NCBI RefSeq assembly: GCF_037042905.1
Contig: NC_087251.1
Coordinates: forward strand, 6,510,001-6,574,000
Length of the DNA stretch: 64,000 bases
Direction of reading: 5' to 3'
DNA from: Lytechinus pictus
Lineage: Eukaryota
The notes beneath the pieces were generated by a model that worked only from the letters and a program-made list of their open reading frames with translations, had not been told where the DNA came from and made no database searches. Below, in pieces: positions 1 through 12,000 of the stretch (position 1 is the first letter of the stretch; each line of letters begins with the position of its first letter). The position numbers were made by a program, and so were the translations under genes.

Positions 1-204
1 TAAAATGTAAGATATTGTTAAATAAATCCCCAGAAACAGGTTATTCCTGGGTTAGATTCCAACCTATGCCATGCTTCAGCTTAAATTGTCAGCCACAGTC
101 AAACATGTCACAGACACAAACACAAAAACAAATGTCTAGGCCTAGGCTAGAGCCTTTGTTACGTACGGTACCAGGAACATTGGATGATTTCAAGTACAGT
201 GTTA

Positions 205-1123
205 GGTGCTGGTGTTGAGAGTGTGCAAAGACTGCTGAACTGAACTCCAACAATGAGCTGGGTTCAGAAGAACGAAACTGTCTGCATTATCGAAAGCTCA
301 CAACATCACGCCTCTGCACTGCTGATCATCTCAACTTTAAGCGAATAGTCTTGAGTGAAGTGAAGTACGGGAGAAATTTCTGTAAAATCTCATCGTGCAG
401 AATGCAAAGCCAACTTTAGGTCAAAATAACTTAAAGTATCAGAAAGAAAAATACTAATGTTCATAGCTCTAATTATTTGCTCTCACCTGACCTGCTAATG
501 CTTATTTAACACTTTTTAACAGGGATATTTCATCCTCTTAGTGAATTTCAGTTCATCAACACCAACACGAACTATAAATAACAATTTTTCCTAATCCCTG
601 GCCGGGGGTTGGTGCTGTTGAATGGGCAAATTACTGTACATGCAGATTATCAACACCAGCTGTAATGCTCGATTCAGCAGACGACATTCAACACCAGCGC
701 TAAACACAAGTCACGAACTGCCAGAAATAGATTGAGATCCAAGTCATATTTTCCAGGGTTAATCCCATCAAGGCATCAACACCAGCCTCATTTCAAGTAG
801 AGGTCTAGATCTACAGTGTTGTGGCTGGTGTTGATGTTGTCTCAACACCAACATCAGATTTGACACCATACATTCACCGATTTGGTGAGTTCAAATTCGG
901 TGTTCAGTGTTGGTGTTGAGAGCAGAAAAGGCTGCTGAACCGAGCTGGGTTCAGAGGATAGCCTATGACATCATGACTCTGCGAAGCGCTGCTGAACATC
1001 TCAACTTCACGCGAGAAAGTGTCGACGACAAAAGTAAAATCGGGGAGAAATTGCACCAAAATCTTATCGTACAGAATGCAAAGGCTAAAATCACTGCAAG
1101 AATCCGAAAGAAAATTTCTATGA
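205..1123. repeat. Diverged ~700 bp direct repeat rich in CAACACC/GGTGTTG; unit 2 resumes at about 6660-7080
   Basis: 205-450 resembles 906-1120; 470-790 resembles 6660-7080. Confidence 0.65.
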
Positions 1124-1207
1124 TAGGGTGTCCAAACTTTGCAGACATTAAAAAAAAATATTCATTAGGTTAAAATCCGTTCAAAAAATATTCACATTTA
1201 ATTTTTC

Positions 1208-2035
1208 AAACAAGTGGAACGCCTCTGGCAGTCTCGCCTGCATTACGCGATTTAATATAGCAGCAGTGCTAACTTTGAAAACTACTGTAAGATAATCATT
1301 CACAAAAACACCATTCATATAATGACATAATACCACGTTCATTGACCATAGATGACATTTGAACGGTGACTTAAGACTTGTCAACTACACCCATGTCCAC
1401 ATTTCATTCACTCTATCCATAAACTTTCTAAGTTATGATGGCAATTCAACAATTACCCCAACATGGCCAAAGTTTATTAACCTTAACTGACCTTTGACCT
1501 TGGTTTTGTGACCTGAAACTCACAGGGGATGTTCAGTGATACTTGATTACTCTTATATCCCAAGTTTTATGAAATAGATCAATAAACTTCAGAGTTAGAA
1601 TGGTAATTCAACAAATACCCCCAACTTGACCAAAGTTCATTGACCCTAAATGACCTTTGACCTTGGTCATGTGACCTGAAACTCGAGCAGGATGTTCACT
1701 ACTACTTGATTAACCTTATGCCCAAGTTTCATGAACTAGGTCCATATACTTTCTAAGTTATGATGTCATATCAAAAACTTAACCTTCGGTTAAGATTTTG
1801 AAAATAATTCTCCCAACATGGTCTAAGTTCATTGACCCTAAATGACCTTTGACCTTAGTCATGTGACCTGAAACTCAGGCAGGATGTTTAATAATACTTG
1901 ATTAACCTTATGTCCAAGTTTCATGAAATAGGTCCATATACTTTCTAAGTTATGATGTCATTTCAAAAACTTAACCTTAGGTTAAGATTTGATGTTGACG
2001 CCGCCGCCGTCGCTGTCGGAAAAGCGGCGCCTATA
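1208..2035. mobile_element. Non-autonomous element with internal 164-192 bp tandem units (TGACCTTTGACCT core), Helentron/HINE-like, truncated
   Basis: Core repeats near 1340, 1472, 1636 and 1828; AACAAG...GTCTCGCCTGCA start; (GCC)n microsatellite near the end. Confidence 0.55.
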
Positions 2036-2224
2036 ACCAATTCAAATAATAATATTTATCAAATTGACGACAAGATCGTAAACTATATAATTATTGACAA
2101 AAAATTGATCACCAATGAGGAAGGAATGATTGGAAATATATCTTACCTGCCTGGCCTAGGTTTAAGCAATCATCAGTGTATCCTTATTGATGTAAACTTG
2201 TACGCAGCACAAACATTGAGAAAA

Positions 2225-4540
2225 GAGGATGTATTGATACCATAAAAGATACCAGGCAATAAATGATACCATCGTTGACATAGATTGATATAGTGAACTG
2301 GAGTCCATGAATGTAGATGAGTCGTGGAACTTCTTCTCAATCATCTATCAAGCAGCAATAGACCGCCACATCCCTAAGACCACAGGGGTTAGACTAAAGA
2401 AGAAAGCCTGGATGACAAAAGAAGCTCTCAGACAACAAAAGAAGAAACATAGATCTTGTCATAGCTAGTGGTGATGATGTAGACTATCTGCGATCAAGAG
2501 AAGCCATTAAACTTCGAAAGATGACAAGGAATCTTCGCAGGAAATTTGAAAAGGACATTGCCGACAATATCAAGTCAAACCCAAAGCCTTTTGGAGATAT
2601 GCAAATAGCTCACAAAAATGCAGAGCTAATTTTGGGGTCATGAAAAATCAAGAAGGAATCACTACTGAGAATGATGAGGACAAAGCTGAACTCTTTAACC
2701 TTTTTTTCAACAGTGTATTTACAGATGAAAGTGTGCAGCAGATCCCAACTTTGGTACACAGACATAAAGGTAATCTCTTAACTGATTTGGACATTACCAC
2801 AAGTACTGTGAAGAACAAGCTGAAATTACTGAAGTGTTCAAAATCAGCTGGGCCTGATGGATTTCACCGAAGAGTTCTCAAAGAAACTGCTGGAACGATT
2901 TGCATACCTGTTGCACTTATCTTCAGAAAGTCCCTGAAAGAAGGTTATCTTCCACAGTCATGGAAAGATGCAAATATCACACTAATACATTACAAAGGAA
3001 AGAAGGATGCTGTTGAAAACTACAGACCAATAAGTTTGACTTCAGTTATTGGAAAGATCATGGAATCTTTTGTGCGTGACGCCATTGTCAAACAATTGAT
3101 TCAGAATGATTTATTGTGCGATGCACAACATGGATTTCTTCCGGGAAGGTTTTGTGTCACACAACTGCTTGAAGTCATAATAATATATACTGATTTATAT
3201 AGCGCAGAAACTATGTCCATATATATTCTACTGCGCTGCAATTAAGAGCTGGTCATGGAAAGAGGCATGGAATTGTGGACTGGCTCTCTTGATGAAGGAC
3301 GTGAAGTTGATTGTATCTACCTTGATTTCTGTAAAGCTTTTGATTCTATGCCCCATGAACGACTGATGAACAAACTCAGATCGTATGGCATAACAGGTGG
3401 TCTGGGGAAATGGCTTTACAGCTTCTTGACCCATCGGAGGCAGAGAGTCGTCATGAATGGAAAAACTTCACAGTGGTTACCTGTTAGAAGTGGAGTGCCT
3501 CAAGGTAGTGTCCTCGAACCGACAGTGTCTGTTGTATTTATCAACGATCTGCCTGAGGTAGCAAGCAGTATAGTAGAGATATACGCTGACGACACCAAAC
3601 TTTTCAGAGAGATCAGAATGGAGGATGACTGTGACAGGCTACAAGCTGACTTAGACAACTTAATAGCTGAGTGGTCCAAGAAGTGGCAGCTTCAGTTCAA
3701 TACAGCAACGTGCAGATCCCTCCATCTAGGTCATCAGAATTCCCGTCATCAGTATCATCTAAATGGAGATGTGCTGGAAGAGTGTCGGAGGAAAGAGACT
3801 TGGGAGTCATCATGGACTCTCAACTGAAATTCCACTCCCAAGTAGCCAGCGCAGTCTTGAAAGCAAACCGTGTGCTTGCTACGATTCGACGAACCTTTGT
3901 GCATAGAGACAAAGACAACATCAAGAGGTTATAAGTCACTTGTGAGACCAATTCTGGAATATGCGAATGGAATATGGTATCCAATATATACTTCTGACCT
4001 GAAGGCTATTGAGAAAGTCTAGCGACGAGCAACAAGCTAGTACCAACCCTGAAGGAAATGGACTATGGCAGAAGGCTACGTGCAATTAAATTACCTTCCA
4101 TCAAGTACAGACTGTGAAGAGGTGACATGATTCAAGTCTATAAGATAATCCACGGCATTGATGATGTGAATAGAGACTTGTTCTTCACATCAGCTACCAC
4201 TCAAGCAACCCATCGCCATCCTTACAAGCTTTTTCTGAAAAGGAGTAGGTTGAGTGTGAGGCAAAACACCTTCAGTGTTAGAGTGGTGAGCGACTGAAAT
4301 TCTTTGCCTGCTGAAGTAGTCACAGCATCAACAGTCAATCATTTCAAAACAAAACTAGACAAGTTTTGGTCTGCATGGCAGTATGTTCACGCATGGGAAT
4401 ATTAGTCACTGCATTGGCACAGCAAAGCACAAATAGCAATTTATCCAAGCTAGGAAGACAACGTACAGTACAAGATAGACGTGGAAACTTGACTGCAGAC
4501 ACAACTGTATTTTTCCAGTAGATGCGGTATAAAGGAAAAA
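2225..4540 (+). mobile_element. 5'-truncated, decayed CR1-clade LINE ORF2 (reverse transcriptase)
   Basis: Motifs KSAGPDG, NYRPISLTS, QHGF, YLDFCKAFD, GVPQGSVL, YADD (3582-3593), ERDLGV and RLRGDMI/FKTKLD-like C-terminus, spread over several frames with stops. Confidence 0.92.
3179..3265 (-). mobile_element. Short L2-type LINE/SINE 3' tail inserted into the CR1 RT
   Basis: Minus strand ends GCGCTATATAAAT...TATTATTAT and splits LLEV|MELW with a duplicated CAT. Confidence 0.6.
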
Positions 4541-4867
4541 GTGAAGTAGCTCAAGAGGTTTGCCGTTATCGCGATCTCAAAATTCTATTCCGATCAACAA
4601 ATGCACGCTGTGTTGGAAATCTGTTCTGAAAAAGTGTGACCTCACTTCACGGACCAAATTTTTTTGGCGATTTAAACAAAAACTCAAACTCAAAAGGAGA
4701 GATATTTATATCAGATTGACGGCAAAATGCTATAGAATCGGTCAGTACCACATCTTGATCTAACCCACATTTTTTATGATATATGCTTGCAAAATGATGA
4801 TATCGTGATGCTTGTTGAGAAATTTAGATTTCTTTGGAACGGGCGCTAACACTAACAGTGACAAATT

Positions 4868-6473
4868 TAATGTTGTAACCCGCACCCGTTGCGGTACGGG
4901 TTAACCTGCCGGTATGCCCCCGATCGCGGGTTGCGGGCCGAGTTCATTCTCAAACCCACAGACCGTCATACGAAAAAAAGGGAGAAGTAACGACGCATAA
5001 TAAAAACATTAACAATGAAAATCGAGTTAGGATCATGTGCTTCTTACGTGGCGGATTCTTTTAGAGACGTAGATATTTCCTTTAAAAAAATGCCGGCGTA
5101 TTTTTGTCTTGTGAACAGTGAACAGGACTGAGACAGTTCGACCATAGAGCTATTATAGCTCCATGGTTCGACATAATACATCGAGTTGCTCTTTCAAAGG
5201 AGCGCCAGTGCAGCGCAGTCAGAGAAAGGAATGTTTTACGACTGGGAGAGGGGAGAGAGAGAGAGGGCGAGATAGAGAGAGAGAGGGGAGGGGATGTTTA
5301 CGGAGAATGTAAACAGAAGCCAGAATACATTTCGTAATCATGTCTGGCAAGGAGCGAGTGATAGGCCACGTGGCAGAGAAAGAAATGTTTTATGACTTGG
5401 AGTGGGGCGAGTCGAGCCTGTTTCCACGGCAACGCTCGCTGTTTGAGCTCGATGGATTTGCGGTGCACGGCAGTGAGACAGTTGTTTGTTTATTGGATTA
5501 CCAAATTAGGTCATGACCTGATAGAGCGTGCCGTCAGGTCAGAGTTTTAGCTGCCCTTTTTAAAAGACATGCTAAGCTGGTCTAGTCTAGTGGCTAACTA
5601 ACCCTCCTTTTCGTTATTTCATACATTTTCTGATGAAAACTGAAGCCCCCGCACCCTGAATGCCCAGATCTCTTAATTTTTCCGATGTACAATTGATGGA
5701 AAGTCTTTAAGATTTCTGAAGATGTAAAATTGGATTGCAATGGATTGCAAGTTTCTTGCAAATACCTCTCTCTTGACCAATCGATCGAGAGAGATAAAAA
5801 ATAAATAAAAGCCTAGCTAGCTAAGCTAGCTAAGCACTAGTAACACGGGCTGTTTACGTAAGTTCATGGGTGCCCTCGTGCACGTTTGTATTAGTTAACA
5901 AAAAATTTGAAGAAATACAAAAACAGAAGGAAATAATATGGAGATATGCAAGAAGAAAAAATTGACTGTATCATTATCCTGGTATTTTTTTCAATTTTGA
6001 TTACTTTATAGACGAGGTCCCATAGAATTGAATATTGTAATTATGATTGTTGTGAGTCGCCGTGTCGACCGACCTGGACTGAAAAACAACATTGCCGATC
6101 TGTGCTGGGCAGCCTGGGCTAGCTAGCTAGCGCGCGCTGAGCTGCGGCTCCAATCAGAAGAGTTAATTGCGTAATGCTTTCAATTTCGAGATCAGAGCGG
6201 ACCCATTTCGTGGTACAAAGTCACCCCCAAAAACATTTTCTCTCCGGAATAAAAGGCGAAATTGTACGTAAATTCACTCTAGGCTAGGTTAGTAGTTGGC
6301 ATATATTTTCCTGATTTGAGCCTGTGTGGGGATTGCAGAAATAATATTTTTCATTTTTCAAAGATAAATTGACTTGCGGGTTAAAACCCGGCGGGTCAGC
6401 GGGTCCCGCTTGCAAATTATTGGATTATACGGGACGGTACGGTTCGGGTTTTCACTTGCGGGTTACAACATTA
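4868..6473. mobile_element. Non-autonomous hAT-like DNA transposon
   Basis: 17-bp perfect TIR TAATGTTGTAACCCGCA; perfect 8-bp TSD GACAAATT (4860-4867, 6474-6481); subterminal ACCCG/CGGGT repeats. Confidence 0.85.
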
Positions 6474-6966
6474 GACAAATTTGCCAATCTTTTGTCAATA
6501 TTTTCATAAATACTGAACTCATCCTAAAGAAACTTAAGCCAAGGGAAAATTTTAGGTCACTTTTCACGTTGACGATGTAATGTTTAAAGAATATTGGCTA
6601 CTTTTTAGATATGACCGTCCGCGAAGTATGGACATACTCAAAGTTTAGACTCACTGCCATATATGATTATGAGCTAATGATTTGCACTCATCTTAACTAC
6701 AGTAAAAGCTAATTTTATGGGAATGTTTCATCATATTCGGCGCCTGTTCGTGAGCATCAGAACATCAACAAAAAACACTGAACTTGAAATCACGATTTTC
6801 CCAATCTCTGGGGGTTGGTGTTGGTGAATGGGGAAATTATACATAGTCGATCGTCAACACCAGCTGCTGTAATTTGCTCGGTTCAGCAGATAACATTCAA
6901 CACCAACAACACGAACTGCCGGAAATAGATATGACATATTTCATTTGCCGAGGGCGAGGTCAATCG

Positions 6967-7017
6967 ACTACACTTCACTACCGCTAGCGTCCACTCCTAG
7001 CGGTAGTGAAGTGTAGT
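6967..7017. repeat. Perfect 21-bp inverted repeat with 9-nt loop (core of a palindromic MITE)
   Basis: ACTACACTTCACTACCGCTAG / CTAGCGGTAGTGAAGTGTAGT. Confidence 0.8.
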
Positions 7018-7614
7018 GGAGCCTATACGAACCCTCGCCTGAGGCCGAGGTATCCCAACACCAGCAGCATCATTTCAACAGTAACAGTAACGTTAACAAT
7101 AACAATCATGACAATAACTTAATAATAATAAACAGGTTAGGTTCTCACAAAATCTCAGTTTATAATATATTAATATTATTAACTAGGCCTACAAAAGTAC
7201 AAGTACAATAGACTGAATAGTATCAATACATCACCAGGAACAACATTCTGTCATGATTCTCACATCATCACACACTGACAGTCTCACTCTCTAATATAGT
7301 AATAGACTAAGACTAAGACAGGAATAACCGTCGTTTCTGGGGATTTCCTTAACAATTTCTGACATTTCACTATAATATAATCCCCTTTCACATGCACACG
7401 TACCGTACGTACATGTACCGTATTGATGAGTGGAGCCAACGTAGTATTCAGCGGAACAACCTAAATACAGTCAGACTCAGAGACTGAAGCTTTCTAACTA
7501 ACGTTAAGTCTAACTAAGACTAAGAAATCTCAGTTGGTTACAAACATGACAAATACCGTACGAAGTAGATTACTGACAGAAAATCAATCGATTTGTACTC
7601 CTTCTTAAACTTAC

Positions 7615-7770
7615 CGACAACTATGAAAGTACCGTACATGTAACTAAGGTTAGATCTTGTCCTCTTAGCTTTCGGAAGCTTATCTTGCGTGCTGCATGCC
7701 TGCGCTGCTGCTGTGCACACGAATTGGGTGGTGGGTGCGGCGGCGGCCGGCCCTGTCGCGTCGCGTCGCG
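7615..7770 (-). other. Putative non-coding first exon of a second, unidentified gene continuing off the left edge
   Basis: Consensus donor TCG|GTAAGT at 7615/7614 next to a CpG island-like tract; 5' end approximate. Confidence 0.55.
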
Positions 7771-7915
7771 AGACGTATCGAGCGGCGAGACCTGCTAGCC
7801 TATAGGACTAGCACGCAGGGAACGGCCACGGCACTGCTCTGTGGCGTGACCGTTGGCGTTGTCGAGTCGAAAGTATTGGCTCATTAGTCTGCAGGCACAG
7901 TCCCTGATTGAAACT
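7700..7915 (-). promoter_or_regulatory. CpG-rich promoter with CCAAT box (ATTGG at about 7875)
   Basis: Very high CpG density over 7730-7870; ATTGG upstream on the minus-strand reading. Confidence 0.5.
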
Positions 7916-9009
7916 TTAATCAACAAAAGTTTATTTTCACTCTTCACACAAGACTAGAACAAATTAAACTTGCTACGAAACATAAAAGTAGCTATTTAAA
8001 AAATGGTGTTTTTTTAGACAGGAAATTCTGACTGGGCCTTCTGTACCTAAGTCATTGACAGGGAACTACTTAATGAGGCTGCATATATATTCAGACAACG
8101 TTCCTCTAGCTAGAGGTTTGCACATCACAGCACAGACTTTGGCTCATCATACACGACAAAAATAAAATAGACCCTTTATTAAGGGGGGGGGGTCGAAAAG
8201 TTTCAGGCGCACCCCACAACATTTTGTGATAAAGAGAACAGCGCAAAATGACTTCAATAACCTTCTTCTTTTTGGGGGGATCCAGCATCATGTTAGGCTG
8301 ATGATCGTTTTTTTTTTGCTTGTCAAAGTTTTCGGACAAATAGCACCCCAGGGTGCATACTGCCCTGATTAGTGTTCTGAAATGAATGGCGTCCGCCATC
8401 ATGATTGGGGCAAAGTGTGCATTTGACTAATCTTTTTTTCTATTATTAGGGTCAAAACTTTTCGGTCGCCCTATTTCCACTTTACATACTGGATTTAGCT
8501 CATATCCTACACGTTCCAGCATCAATGGGAGGGCTGACCCCCCACCACCACCTCATTATTTCAGAACTTAACTTATTGCTATATCTATTTTCCTTTAAAT
8601 TGAGGTAAGTACATTTTTTATCTCATCGAAACAATAAATCATTCAAAGCTGTCACAAAGATATGATACAATTAAAAATGTTAGATGGAAAGCTTATGTGA
8701 AATGACTCTAGGCCCTACACAGTAGATCTAAAGAGCATTGTGTCAGATGATATATATCATATTTAATCTTTAAATCTTTTCCACATATCATAATGCACCC
8801 ATCATTCAGTCTCATATTTTCATTCAGCCTCTTTCATTACTGATTTACATTAAGTACATCTCCAATTTAACACCCCAACTCTCCCCCTCTCTCTCCCTCT
8901 CTCTTTCATTCTCTCACTCCCCCCTCTCTCTTTCAAACTCCACTCTTCCCCAACTGCTTTTCAATCAATTCAGTACAATAATCATGATTAAAAACAAATA
9001 AAATCTTCG

Positions 9010-12000
9010 TTTTCATATATGCATTCACATTTTATTTCGGTATTCAAGTTAATTCTCTTAAACATACATACAATGCTTAAGAAGCAATACAATATTATTA
9101 TCATTATTATTATAATAGGTTTCACAATGGGATCAGATTTTTTTTAGTATATAAGAATACAATAATACATGATAATCAGTCAAAATCAAAACAGAAACAA
9201 ATACATGAACATAAATACATTAAAAAACATATACTCAGAACAAAAGAAAAATTGTAGAAAATGTACGATTGCCCACCTAAATCCATAAAAATACTCATAT
9301 TGGTCTTTCAGGTACATGACACCCCCTCCCCCATCATTTTTTTTTTTTTTTTGTGTTACCTATTTTGTAGGAACATACTTGGTTGTTTACAAATACAAAT
9401 ATAACACTTGACATGTAAGGACAGAAAAAAAAATACAGTGTACCTTTGGTATAAAAAGCTTTTAGCATCCTGAAATACAAGCATTTTTTGCCTACTTCTT
9501 TAAACTCACTAAAACATAACATCCTGAGATAACATCCATTTGTACAGAGAATTGAATGCAATTCTAAACTTTAATAAAAATCTCATTTAAATTAAATCAA
9601 ATGAGATATTGCTTAGTTGTGGTAAGATGTGCTAACCTAGACATTTTTTCATACTAGATATCAATAGACATTAACATATTATGTAAAATACTATAATGCA
9701 ACTTACTTATAACTAGTTTTTATATGAAAAATAACCCTTCTTCAATACATTTGACATGACACCCTGTATGTACTTTCCTTTAATCTATGAATGACAATCA
9801 GAGTACTGTTGCCATAATAATACTTTCTGGAACCTTCTGCATCAAATTTGTATCATAATTCATTCTCATTTCTTTAAACTTTGATACAGGCATAAAACAT
9901 ATCATATTTACTTCTATATCTAAAATTAGTCATATTACCAATATTGCATATACACAGGACTGAAAATACATCATAGTATATCATTTAATGATGGAGCAGC
10001 ACAGCTGCAACTCTTTGATAATCTGAAAAGGAAAATAATAATCACAACAATTTGGGGCATTAGAGTAAATAAGTACTACTAATGTTAAAATAATATCAAG
10101 ACAGAAAAATCCATGAATATTCTTTTTGCTTGAGATCAAACAGAATTCTATAATATCATGTTTTGAATACAAAATCAGAATACAAAGTGATCAAGAAGTT
10201 TATTGTAATTAAATTTACATTTTTGAAATAATCTGAATTAACCAGAATACAAAATATACAAACAAGAAAACAGAGGTTAAAAAAAGTAAAAATAAAATCA
10301 CAATTTAACTCATTTTGATTTCATATCTGTGACAACATATACTTATCAGTATAACTAGTCAAGGTGATAACTACATTGTGTCAACTTATAAAGTTCAGGC
10401 ACATTTTGATTCAATGCAAATTATTAATCAGGTAATCAACCATGATGGATGAATAAAACCATTACCATGACTGTGTTTAAATATTTTTGTGTTTGTTTAA
10501 ATTATGCTAGACATCCTTCAAGAAACAAGCAAATTTCTGGGCACCATTTCATGAAAGCTTTCAGCCAGTCCCAACTAAATGGTCAATTTTTACCATTTCA
10601 GTGAAATTCATGGCTTTGATTTGCTGCGAAACACCAGACTGTTAATATGGTAACAATCTTCATGAAAAATAGATTTTTAGGAGACACAATGAACACAGAA
10701 ATTTAAGAGTATCAGTATCGCTTTTTAATTTGATAGTTAATATTTTTTATCTGTAATTTCATTATTTTTTTACATTTACTATTACCACTAATAAGAATGT
10801 AAATATCTTCATAAGGGGGGTTAAAATGGAACAATCCCATAAAAAAAGTTAACAACCCAAGACTCTTACATTCCTACCCCCCCCCCCTACAAAAAGTATC
10901 AATTCAAATATGGTAATAATACCCTTCCCCAATAGTCAGCAATGCATACCCCTTTCCAAGGATAGTTTACACCACCAGTCCACTTGTACTGCCCTTACAA
11001 GATTCATAGTAGAATATTATCTTATCGACTACCTAGAATTGATTTAAAGTTTGTCTGACTTAACATACAACTACCTTGCAAAAGAATAGAATAACTATTT
11101 TTCTTAACTCCTGTCAAAGCTCCCTCTCTCATGGTGTGCGTGTGTATATATAATAAATATTTTCATTGTTTTTCAACTGAATGCCTTTGCATAGTTTAAT
11201 GTTATAAAGAGAGAGGGGAAAAGAAACATATTCATCTGATTTCAATCTGAGTTCAATAGATACCTGAGAATGAACTGAACAGCCTCATAATAAAAAAAAC
11301 TCAAATAATTTTCATCCCACATAAATGCTGAAATGGTCTAAAGGTACTTTTATGGAACACTAGAAATAGAGTTACTTGGGCGTGATGTATCAAAATAAAT
11401 ACCCATTTTCACATAAATTACAAAGAAATAATTCTAAGAACTACCATGCATGATATATCTTTGTTTTCTGCAATGATCACATTGTAGAAACCACTGCAGC
11501 ATTATTTTCATGACCCCTGAATGAGAAAGTACTAAGGGGATAAATTAATTTCAAATGGTTCATATAAGTGCATCAAAACCCAGCATAGTGATTTTTTTTA
11601 TTATAGTGTTCAAACATGAGGCAGAGTCACTGGTCATGCACTGTACGTGTCAACACTAGATCGAAAGAGTTTTATACACAGTTGCAAGAACAAAGTCATG
11701 ACTTCACAATGCCATACTATGTCATGAGTATGATATCAGAACTTATCACTTCAATTGTACAAACTTCTATTTTCAGAGCTGCCAAGTTGTATATTGCATT
11801 TTCAGTATTCTTATCCCCCAAAATCAGTATTTTGACCAAAAAATTTGTATTTTTACCGTGTGAGATAATTATGCAGACCTGCCAACCTCTGGGAATGAAA
11901 AACTGTATTCTGCGATAAAAAAGTGTATTTCATAATAAAATGCTTGGTGCACTCACTCATCGCGGCGCTCAAGCTGCATGCAAGCTAAAATGCGCACTGC

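Noticed and set aside
2640-3934. Active reverse transcriptase gene
   Set aside because: Frameshifts, stops, an internal insertion and a missing endonuclease/ORF1 show it is a dead CR1 copy.
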